64,000 bases of DNA, taken from Thalia democratica. Lineage: Eukaryota. The position numbers were made by a program, and so were the translations under genes. Below are positions 12,101 to 23,509 of the stretch, in pieces. The DNA is taken from NCBI GenBank assembly GCA_965202585.1, contig OZ241828.1:70928001-70992000 (forward strand). Direction: 5' to 3'. How positions within the stretch are numbered: position 1 is the first letter of the stretch; the number at the start of each line of letters is the position of its first letter. The notes beneath the pieces are model-generated. The model did not search any database, was not told the DNA's origin, and saw only the letters and a program-made list of their open reading frames with translations.

Positions 12101-14765
12101 ACACTATTTTCATACAAATTAACAAAATTTGCCTTTTATCTTATTTATCTATAGATAGATATATACATAATGTTGATTTAATTTGACTTTTTAATATGCA
12201 TTAAATTAATTTTTGTCTTGATTTGTATGACTTTGAAGTTTTTTAAACATAAAATTTATAGTTTATTTAACGAAAAAAAAAGCGTTCAAAATATTTTGTC
12301 GTAGTACATGATGCACAACGAATCTTTCAGTTATCAATTAGCAAACCATTTGGAAACCTTTTAATGTCTTGTACAAGCCCTTAATTATTTTAAATAGTGT
12401 GCTGAAATAATTCTTCAAATAAAAAATTAAAATAAAATTTAAAAGTATAATAAAATAATTTCATAAATTTGCTTATCTTTTATACAGATGTTTTTTAGAC
12501 TGTAAAATAACTTAATTACTTTTCGAATCTGATAAAAAAATTAGGTATGATTAACTTGGTTATGCTCGCAAAAGCTCATAAAACTTTATTACAACTAATT
12601 TAATTAGTAAATTTTAAACTACTTTTTCAAAGAATTTTCACTAGTCCTTTTAACAATACAATGAACAACAGCTAATGATTAAATTATTTCTTTAATTCGA
12701 TACATATTTTTTTATTCAATAACCTTTGTAGGTTAATTTAATTACATTTATTACTAGATTAAGTTTTTTATCGAGTATATATTACAAATTACGTTTATTT
12801 TCTTCATTTCACGCAATTTGCATTCGCAGTTTAGTTTCTTAGATATAATAAGTTTCCAGTAACATAACACAGTATCACATGTTAGAAAAACTAAATTTTC
12901 AGATTAAGGAACTAAAGTTTTTTTAATACAGTATTTATTAATGTTTAGGTTATAAAAACTTAGTAAGAAATTCAAAGTTATTTCAAAGTTCTTAAAAACA
13001 TAATTATAATTTTTTTTTCAGACAAAGGGTAGCAAAAGTTTTTTGTAACTCTTAAGATTCAAAAGAGTAAAACCTTACATATAAAAATATTTGTTTTACA
13101 GCTAATAGATTTATTTTTCTGAAATGTGTTGCTTACATCTAATGTTTTAAAAATGTAATGGTTTTGTTTAGTTAAAAAAATTGTTTAATGTATGTTGTTC
13201 TACATGTAGCAATATAATACATTTGAATTAAAATATAATATTTTGTTTAAATGCTCATGTAATCATGTCTGAGATTAGAGCAGCAAAATATATTTTTAGA
13301 TAATTAAACTTTATATGTATATTTTTTTGGTAAACAACCAATTGTTTTTAATCAATACATGCTGCTAAACCCGTAAAATAATTTTTTTCCACAGACTAAT
13401 TATGTTTCTTTTATTTAAAAATGGTTTAATAAAATAATGCGTGATGTTGTTTATGTTTGTCTTGATTTTTTACATTTTTAAATGATAACTTGTAGTGATC
13501 TGTAGATAATTGAAAGTCCATTCATAAGAACTTGTGTTTTAAATCAAAGCATTGTAGTTAAGATTGGATCTTTACTTTGTGTTAGTATTTGTTTAAGACT
13601 GTCAAAGAAATCAAATTGTTAGTATTTGTCTTAGAAATATTAAGCTCAAATAAACTTGTTCATGCTTAAGTTAACCTCTTTAGTTTAAGCACCAGCAGTT
13701 TAGTTTATCATTTTTTAACGACAAACGGTAAAGAATAAATTTTCACATAAAAAATCAAGCAACTGTTAACTAGTTTGTGCTTGACTAAACTTGTACATTT
13801 TAAATAAAAGTAATTTAATTTTTTTTTATCAGTTAACCTTTTCAAAGCATTGTTTTCTTTTTGTAACAATTGAATAAACAACAAGTGATAACTAAATTAA
13901 ATCTCTATAAGAACTAACTCGAACCATAATCTTTTATGCAGTAATTTGTTTAGGTATATTTAATTACATTTATAACTTTATTAAGAGTGTCCAATCGAGT
14001 ATAAATAAAACCTCAACTAGGTTGTTTTTATTTTGAACATTTACTTTAGCAGTACGGTTCAAAAAAAGAAAATATTATTTAATGAAATTTGTTTAGTCAG
14101 AAACTTTAAATTGTTTATTAGACTTGCTTGTTCTGAGTTATATAGTTTTAAATGTTAAACTTACATTCATTGATAAAATTTTGATTTCTGGTTTTACATT
14201 CTTTTTGGTAGTTAAAAAATTATGTAAAAGTCTTTTAGTAAATGAAAACTCCTTACCTGTTTGCATAAGTTTTTATTTTATAAAGCTACTATAATAATAT
14301 TAATGTAGTTTATGCAACATATTTGAACCAAAAATTACAGTTTTACTTTAATAAAGTTCATAGTAAGTTAAGGTACACTAAGTTAAGCTTGGAAGTATAT
14401 TTTATGTTAAAAAAGGTTAGTTTATTTTAAATATATGACCAAAGATAATTGGTTATTAATAAAACAGACTTCCTTTCCTCTTTTACGATGTTTTTGTATT
14501 GATATTTGGTCTTGTTTTCTGATTCTTGTAATTAACTAAGAAATGACGCTGTCATTTCAAATATTTTTTTATATTTTTTTTATGTAAAACTGTTACTTAA
14601 ACTAATAAGCGTTCACAGTTATTGATTTTTAATTCTAATCAAATATATTAATGCAAACCCTAATCAGACCTAATTTCATTAAGTCAATGTTTTCAAAACT
14701 ATTTTTCATAACACCTCTTTAAAGAAATTTAAGAAGCAATGGACCTCCTTTAATTACACCTTATG

Positions 14766-14820
14766 TCTTATGGCCACTATTTTGTGTCTTACGGCCACTA
14801 TTTTGTGTCTTATGGCCACT
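14766..14820. repeat. 21-bp tandem repeat (about 2.6 units)
   Basis: TCTTAYGGCCACTATTTTGTG at 14766 and 14787, with a partial copy at 14808. Confidence 0.9.
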
Positions 14821-14822
14821 AG

Positions 14823-15501
14823 GGTGCATCTGTTGTCACTCAAAAATGAAAATTGCGGAATTTCGCTAAGTAATTTTTTTTGACGTTGGGAAATCACATA
14901 AAAAGACAGCACAATAAAAATTAGATTTCTAGCTTTAAGCCTGCTGGAGCAAATTACTTTTGGTTTTTTTTTTCTTTATACCGGTAGATTTAATATGGGG
15001 AAAAATACTATTTCACTAAAATAATTTCTCTCTTACCTTTTTCTTGATAATTACCTCAAACGGTTAGAAAATATTCCTTGCCATACTTGGAAAATTCTGT
15101 ATAAACTCAGATAAAATTGTTCATACTTAAGTTAACCTCTTTAGTTTAAGCACAAGCGGTTATTTTAGTTATTTTTTATACTTTTTTATATTTTTTTATA
15201 CTTTTTTATTATTTATTATTTTTAGACTTTTTTATACGGAATTTTCTAAATATTGCAAGGAATATTTCCTAATCGTTTCAAGAAGTTATCTCAAAAAAGG
15301 TAGGAAAAAATAAATTTTTAGTGAAATAGTATTTTTCACCCTTTTTAAATAAACCGATATAAAGCAAAATTTTTAAAAGTAACTCGCTCCAACAGGCTTA
15401 AAGCTAAGAAGCTATTTTTTTTTTGATTTCTATTTATGTGATTTCAAAACGTCAAAAAATTTTACTCAGCGAAATTCCAAGGTCGGGGCAACAGATGTAC
15501 C
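14823..15501. mobile_element. Foldback/MITE with about 280-bp inverted arms (TTAA-type, possibly Kolobok-like)
   Basis: Termini GGTGCATCTGTTG and CAACAGATGTACC followed by TTAA (left flank CTAG). Arms 14823-15104 and about 15231-15501 are reverse complements in several blocks, e.g. TAGCTTTAAGCCTGCTGGAGC versus GCTCCAACAGGCTTAAAGCTA. Confidence 0.7.
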
Positions 15502-15953
15502 TTAACGGCCACTTTCTAAAGTATCCCTAAAGGATGCTATATAACCAACTTTGAAATCCCCTAAATGTTTTAAAGAAAACTATGTACTAGTTGTACAAAA
15601 AAATCTAATATCTATATAAATATTATAACACTGTTTATATGAACTTTAAGTGCGTTAAAGTTAGATGGCAAGGATTTTTACTGAATTTTATATATACTTA
15701 TTGATTTTATATATATATAATTTATACTTATGTTTGTAATTTGCTTTCTTTTGATTAAAAACCTTGCTGAAAAAAGCATGTAAAGCGCCAAAACAGCTGA
15801 ACAATGAAAAAGATTGTTATGTGTACTATGATATAATTTTAAAATCAAGCCTTATTCTTTTATTATTTCTTAAACTAAAACTCAATATCAGGAATATTTA
15901 AAAATTAAAGAATGGTTATATGTTTAGATTTTTAGAAAATAAAATTATTTAAA

Positions 15954-18743
15954 ATGTCTGACAACCAAAACACTCCGGTCACTTGTGAAGGAAATCCTTG
16001 TGACGTAACTGCTTCCACGCCATCGTACGCAAGCAGTAGATCAGGTAATTTGTCACGAGGAATAACAAGCTCTTCCATGATGAGCTCCAAGTCAATTAGC
16101 AGGAAATTTAATCCTTCAAGGAGCAATGTAAGTTTTGAGTCATCAAAAAGCAGTTTCATAAAAGGAAACTCCTTAAAAAGCATGTATATGGCGCCTTCTA
16201 AAAGTTTAAGTCATTTCAATCCAATTTCCGCTTCATTGAGCAAAATTTCCGCTTCATTCGGTCTGAAAAAACCGGAAAGCTCGGCAAAAGCTACTCAATC
16301 GAAAAGCAACTCGACCAAATCATTCAACGAAGCGTCCAAATCCGTAAGCGCGAAATTGACCCCATCAAAAACAAGTTTTATCAAGGGAAGTTCTTTAGAA
16401 AACACTTATGCGACGCCTTCTAAAAGCACCCACGGCTTGCTGAAGAAAACTTCCACCTCTGTGAGAAAACCTAAAGGTCCGGAAAATTTTACAAAACCTG
16501 ACAAAGCATCAGGCAGCAAAACGTTGAACAGGTTATCAAGAGCGAAAACAAACTCTTTGCCGAAGAACGCGAGTAAAAGAATGACCACTTCGAAAAGAAG
16601 CTCTGTGAGGGGACACACCTTTGACAAAATGTATGCGTCTCCTTCTAAGAGCTCAGGTCTAAAAAGTTCCAAGAAAGCCATCAGATCAGCACACAGAATG
16701 TCCTCCGTTCAAAAACCAAGCAAGATTAAGCTTGATAGTAAAGGACGACCAGTTGTGGGAAGTTCTTCAAATGTATCCACTCCAAGCAGTTCTGGTCTGG
16801 CGAGCAAAGTGAAAGACTCAATTGAAATTAAGAAGAAAAGAAGCCTTGAAAACAAAAGATCGGTAGGAATCGCAGAAAGCAGATATGCGCACGATTTTAC
16901 CAGGAGCACGGTTTTGGCAGCAAAAGTGAACGACTCGGTTGAACTCGCGAAAAGAAATTTGGAAAAGATGAAAAGTTTGAAGAAAGTCAGTACGGGTTTA
17001 AGCAGGTACGGGTGTTAATTCCTGATTTTTAAAAAATCTGAGTAATTTAACAGCTGCCAGTCAAACTTTTACAAATAACGGCTGGATTATTTATTTGTAT
17101 ATTTTTCATAGTCTAGATTAATTTCAGTTATGTGCTAATATATTTAACTAGTTTAATTTATCTATAACTATAAACAGCTAAACTATCTATAACAATGAAT
17201 AGTACGTTTTAAACTTATTCTTTATTTTGTTTGTGATTCTAATTTTAAAGATTTTCAAAAAAAAACTTGTTTTCTTGTAAATTTTTTAAAAATAAAATCT
17301 AGTTTATGATCTCTAACATTAATAAACAAAAATTTAGAAGTCAACAACAAAACAACACTTATCAAGAAATGGAAGTTTGGACATCTGAACAACTTATGAG
17401 GTACACAGCATAAATATCATTAAAAAAAAATTCTAATTTAAATTTAATTTTATACTAAAATTTCTGTGAAATATAATTCTAATTGTTTCTAAAGTTTAAC
17501 TACAGTAACCTCTCGGATCTTTACGCACTCGTGACGTTAAGCACTCTCGTTTAGTTACGCATTTCAGAATTCTATAAAATTCAGAAATAAAAATTTTAAT
17601 TTCTTTTTAATATTGAACAAATCAGGTTTAATGTATATTTTTAAATTAAAATATGTTTTTGAATGCTAACAAACCTCTCTACATCTTTAGACTTTGTAAA
17701 CTTATGTTCCTTGACTAATTGATAAACATTTAGTTATACCTCAGTATATCAGAAACTTTGTTAACAACAAGAGATTAAATCAAAATTCTGAAATAAACAT
17801 GAATGTGTTTAATAAAGAAAGTATAATGAAATAATGAGAGTTTAAAACACAAAAAAATAATACAGCAGTCTTGCCCTATATATTAATAAACACCATTTTA
17901 TAATTGTAAAGAAATGCTTAATTATAAATTGAATTTGCTAAGTAGAATAGAATATAAATGTCACATATAAATAAAGATAAAGATAATTTCTACTTATTAT
18001 TAAAATAGTAAAATTATTTCTACTCGTATTATTATTATTTTATAGAAATTCAAATCCTTTTTTCAATATATGTATAGTTTTATCTGTTGTTTTCATACTT
18101 ATAAATGAAGTAAACAAATAGTTAAAAGTAGGAAAGTGCCCAGTCTGCTTTTAACTAGAAGCAATATTAAAAAACAGCCATTATAGTGAGTATATTTGGT
18201 ACCTCTCGTTTCTTTACGATCTCTCATATCTTTACGCACTTTTTCTGTGGACACAATGTGCGTAAATAAGCGAGAGGTTACTGTACAAGGTATTGTCACA
18301 TACTGATTAGTGCACTATAACGACATTTTCATGTTTATATGTAACTTTAAACAAACAATCTTACAATTATTGTATCTTTCCTTAAAACATTAGTATGTAC
18401 TCTGTTAGTTTTTTATATTAAAACATTAAAACTTAACCAATATAAATTTATGTTCAAAATCTTAAAAAAGGTCTTTTTATAAAGGTGTTTATTAGAAATA
18501 TTTGTTTGTTAAAACTTAATAAAATTTCTTTAAGAATAACAACTTCATAGACGACATACCAATTCTTGAGTGAAAAAAAACTATTGAAGTAACAATTTAA
18601 ACACCACATTTGTACATTATAAACAAACTTTTAAATTTTTATTTTCCAAAAGAGACGCGTGCAGACAGATGGGCAAACCTTACACGAAAAACGAAGCTGA
18701 ATACGTCCAGTGGGTACCGACGTCAATGCAGAAAAAACATTGA
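15954..18743 (+). CDS. Ser/Lys-rich protein of unknown function, paralog 3 (3 exons, 401 aa)
   Basis: Exons 15954-17005, 17338-17400 and 18653-18743. Donors AG|GTACGG and AG|GTACAC; acceptors TTTAG| and CCAAAAG|. The spliced tail is RSQQQNNTYQEMEVWTSEQLMRDACRQMGKPYTKNEAEYVQWVPTSMQKKH*, homologous to the paralog 1 tail. Confidence 0.8.
17503..18283. mobile_element. Non-autonomous Tc1/mariner (pogo-like) element in intron 2 of paralog 3
   Basis: TIRs CAGTAACCTCTCG...TTTACGCAC at 17503 and GTGCGTAAA...CGAGAGGTTACTG ending at 18283, flanked by TA on both sides (17501-17502, 18284-18285). No transposase ORF. Confidence 0.8.
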
Positions 18744-19216
18744 AAAGCAACGTTTTTGTAATAGGATAGTTTATAATTAGGATAAAAACCAGTAAACTGT
18801 TTGATGCATTGAAGAACTTTTATCGACTAATAAATTTGTGGTTTTGTTAAATAAAAAAATTAAAGTTACGTTGTTTATATAAATATTATTAGCGTTGCAG
18901 CTTATTACTGTTTAGTCATTATACAGTTTGTGAAATTTCATTCAAAGTAAGCATTGTTAAGTTTTTTAAATTAGAAACAGCTAAGTATAACTAATAACCA
19001 GCATTTAGATTAATCATTATTTATTGCCATTAGGCAATGACGAACTTCTTTACTCAAAAACCAAGAAGAAAGGGTCAAACTAATTATAAAAGAGTTAATC
19101 GCCAATATAAGCCATTTTAAACGCTATACTGTTTGTATTTGGTAAAAAAGTAAATATTAGAAAATAATCACCTTCAGCAGATACAAAAGTTTTAACTTGA
19201 TTTATTATAGAGGTTT

Positions 19217-20256
19217 AAACCGGTCGTGGGTTGTCTCGGATGCTGTTGTTGCTGGTCGTGTGTTGAAGTTCATTGTTTTTTTATCAAGCATCTCAGCTTT
19301 GTCGATAATGGCAAATAGTAATTTGCTGTATTTTAGAAACACGAAAACTAGTAAAGTTATTTATCAATGTTCCTTATTAATAATGAGTCTAACTTTGATA
19401 AAATGTAGCGTCAAAGAAAATTAAGTGACCACGACAAGTTTTTAAACTACTTTGTGTAAAACAAATCTGCATATAACGAACTAACACGGCAAACATAAAC
19501 AACAAGCGGTTCGATAGTCTACTTAGGTACTAGTTTAGTGTAGTTTTCGAGATTTCTCTCCCATGATATTTCAAGAACTAAAAAACAGGTGAACCCGTCG
19601 AACTTGTAAACGCAAAACTTTTGTAAGTTCGATGACACTCAAGTAGACGCTAAGCTAGTGAATACTTTTAAACTCTGACGGTTGTAATCAAAAAACTCAC
19701 CCGTATTAAGGAAATTTCGTCCCTTCATGCGGTAACGATTCCGAGAGAAAAAGCTTTTCTCTCAGCAAATAATTTACTTTTTCGCGGAAACTTCCTGAGA
19801 TTTAATCAAGTGACTTTTTTTGGGAAAAACTTCCAAAAATGTATCATTTTTTTAGAGGAGACCAGATTACAAACTCTTGAAAGTGAACATTTACCTTGTA
19901 TTTGAAAAAAAGGACAGCCGCACGTCGCTGTCCTCACAGGTTAAAGATTTATAAATAAAATATCTAGATGGCTTGTTTTAGTTTAAAGTGTTTGTATGTA
20001 AACCTTAAGCAATTTAATTTATGTCAATCGAAATTAAAGCATAACCTTAAACTTTATTTCTCGTTCATAAATATTTATTTCGGACTTTACTAACAAACGG
20101 TCGCTTCAGTGCTTCGTACTTAAGCCCGCTTGGTTAGATTACAACAGCGGTTTTTCGCGACTATTCCTGCCTGATGAGTCCTAATAAGGACGAAACCGGT
20201 CGTAGGATTGTCTCGGATGCTGTTGTTGTTGATCGTGCGGTGAAGTTCATTGTTTA
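19217..20256 (+). mobile_element. Hammerhead-bearing retroelement (non-LTR retrozyme or internally deleted Penelope-like element)
   Basis: Direct repeats of about 65 bp, AAACCGGTCGT(G/A)G...TTGTCTCGGATGCTGTTGTTG...GAAGTTCATTGTTT, at 19217 and 20193 (offset 976). They begin at the hammerhead stem III and cleavage site. The interior has several hairpins and no long ORF. Confidence 0.55.
20154..20217 (+). ncRNA. Type I hammerhead ribozyme
   Basis: Core CTGATGA (20171-20177); stem II GTCCT-AATA-AGGAC; GAAA; minimal palindromic stem III ACCGGT; cleavage triplet GTC (cut after 20201). Stem I: TTCGCGACTATTCCTGC (20154-20170) pairs with GTAGGATTGTCTCGGA (20202-20217), with one bulge and two mismatches. 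Confidence 0.85.
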
Positions 20257-23200
20257 TATCGTTTATAAATAAAAATTTTCTGATTTGTCTGAAAGACAAT
20301 GTTCATATTAGTACCGCGTTTTAAAATTATTAATAATTACTTCATTAATTTTGTATATGATGAAACTTTATTAGATCTAGTTTTACTAATTGAATGTTGC
20401 TTAGTTTCAGCGAGTTGTGTAGCCAGAGAAACAAAGTACTAAATTGAAAAATGTTTCATATTTATTTTTCAAATCATGTAAGACGCATCAATAGGGTGAA
20501 CATGAATCTCTGTAAGTATTTGTATTCCTTTTTTAATATCCATGTTTTAGCAGTTTAATTATATATTAATGCTTGACAATGGCAATATTTTTTCTCATCG
20601 AAACCAGTAATAAATAGAAATGTTAATTCATATTTCTTTTATCATTCAAATTTAATTAAAAAATCAATACCATAGTTTGTACTTGTGTAAAAGAGTACTT
20701 AAAGTATATGAAAAGTAGTTAGATTATTCAGGGTCGAAAGCCTTTTATAAGGTACTGGTTAGCTAAATTAAAAAAGTTCTTCTTGGGCCACAACAAAAGA
20801 ACAACGCATTTTGCAAGACACATTACTTGTGAAAAACTTACTTTAATATTAAAAAAAAATGTCAAAAAAACATCAGTTTAACTCTACCTTTTGCAACGAT
20901 AAACTAGTTATTGGCAATAGCGAGTGTTTTCCATGATGTGTTATTTCACCTGACCCATTAATATTTAACTTTTAAGTGTTTGAAATAAAAAATAGTAACT
21001 TTAAAGAAAAAAAAAGTTTTGTTCACACACCATTTGAAGAACACTCACAAAGCTAAAGTTTCGAGATGTGTGGATAGAAGTTCAAATTCCAAAGAAAGTG
21101 TTTATCAGGGCTATAACAAAAAACATCAAACAACGAAAAATTCATCAACACTCCGATCGTGTGGCCATTATATTTAGAAAAATGTATGTAAAAAACAATT
21201 GAGTTTAAAACTAAGATAAGATACGCAGCACATTTGATCATAAGAAAAAAAAAGTATTTGTAACCGATTGTTTAACAAAATTTTTTCTAAATAGTTTAAA
21301 TTGGATTCTTCCTTCACTTTTTTAATTAGTTTTTTAGCTAAAAACAATTTCGTAAGCCTTAGTTTGCCAACTCCTGGCTAAATAATACGTTATAACAAGA
21401 AAAGTTTTGTTTAAAGAAACTTGATAAAAAAAATTACTAAACTCGTGGTAGTTCAACAAATTTGAAATTTCTAATTTGTACCATTTTCGTTAAACAGTGT
21501 CCGTCGATTCAAACTTTTTAATGTAGTTATTCGTGTAGTTATTCGAGGTAGCTAGGTTGCGTAAACCTTAACAAACTTTTTAAAGTAAATAGTTTTGATT
21601 GCTACAAGGTTTATTTTTTTTAGTGATTAAGTCGCTAACTTTTACAATTCAAAAGTCTATATAACCTTAAGTACAACAAGTTAATCAATATGGTAGTATG
21701 GCTATAACTTTATTTTATTTCATGTGTGATGGTCAACTTATTTATTTTATCTAACTACGTGCTCAAGTATTTAATTAATACGCGTCAGAGCAACTTATAT
21801 GTATTTTAAAGTAAATTTTTGAAACTAGTATACTAGAAAAACACTTTTGTACTTAATTATCTATCTATCTACTTTTTGAAAGCCAGTTATATAGCTTTGA
21901 TTTAAAACTTAAAATAGTATTAAATATCCTTACTAAAATTAACGCTGGTTTTCAGCCATAAGTTTATAAATAAAACTAAAACAAAAAATTCAGTTCTATC
22001 AAGCTCAGTACAAACTAAAACACAACTCGTTGATCAGAAACTTTTTATTTAACTATTCAGAACACAAAAAAAATGCATATAATGAGGCGGTTTGGCACAG
22101 AAAAATCTAAAAATATATCAGTAAAAACTAAGTTGAAAGAAAATAATTGAAGTTAGTACTTATAGTCTCCGTTGAAAAGAAATATCTACGACTAAAAGAA
22201 AAATAACAACGTCACACTGTAAAATTTTAAAATCGTATTAGTTTGCAATAAATATTCTATAACAAACAAAAAAAAAGTTAACCAACCATCAAAACAGTGT
22301 AAAAATAGATCAAACTTTAACCAATATTTTACAATATCTTAAATTTTTGAAACGAAATACACATACAGGACAATTCTAGATGGAAAAATGCTTTATTAGA
22401 AAACTGCAATATTTTAAAAGTGTAGTTACGTTTTATCTGCTTTTGAAAATGTTTTGAATTACGCTATTTAAAAACTGAATGTCATTTTATCGATAAAATT
22501 TACAAACAAAATTGCATAGTTTCAGTGTAAAAAAAGTGCGAATACATAAATATTTATTTAAACATCAAGTACTTATGAAAATGCTTTTTCTTTTTTTTTT
22601 TTTTAACATTATTCCAAAAAAGATACTTTATCTAATAAAAATATAAGACTAATAGTTTTGAAGTCAAACAAATAAAAACATTTAAAGTTAAAATAAGGGA
22701 GCTGCTAAAAACTCAAATCAAATAACAGCATTTGAAACGTCTGCTTTTATAAAAGTTTTATTCTGAGAGTAATAAAAATTTAAAAATAACCTGAACAACA
22801 CTAAAATAACTTGTAATGTACAATTAATTTAAACAAAACGTTTGTTAAACATAAAGCACCTAAAAGTTAGAGCTTTCTCGATGCTTTCAAATTAGTATGA
22901 GTATTAATTCTGGACAAATAAAAGAAGTAGTACAATTTAACAGATATTAATTAAAATTCAGTTTACTGAGGTTCACTTGTATTAATAAGTTCAGAAAAGA
23001 AAAGCTAAATTAAATATAGTCAAATTACTTCTATTAATAAAATGTAAGTAATAAGTTCCAACAACTTTAAAGAATAAAAATTTTGTAAAAGTAGTCTGTT
23101 AAGCAGATTAGTATAATAAATTTTTCTCACTTGCAAAATGTTTTGTGCACTTTTTCGGAATTTTTTATTAAGTAGTATAGATTTTTATTTTAAATAATAA

Positions 23201-23509
23201 TTTAAACGAAAAAGTGTTAAAAGGATTTTTTCATCAGCGCAATTAACTCTTTAAATTTTTTTTTGTAATGAGAATAGTTCTAATACAATGGAGACACATT
23301 ACTAAGCCTAATGATATCGAAAGAACGAGTTTAAACAAAAGAGTTGATATGAGACACTTTAATAAGAGGAAAATAGTTTGAAAAAGAGAGAGATTCTCTT
23401 AAATAGATCCACTCTTGTCTAAGTCATCATTATGTTTTTAATTTTTAGAGAGACAACTAATTCGAGAGAAGTAAAACGAAAGAACCAAAAAAAAAAAGGT
23501 TCTCTCGTA

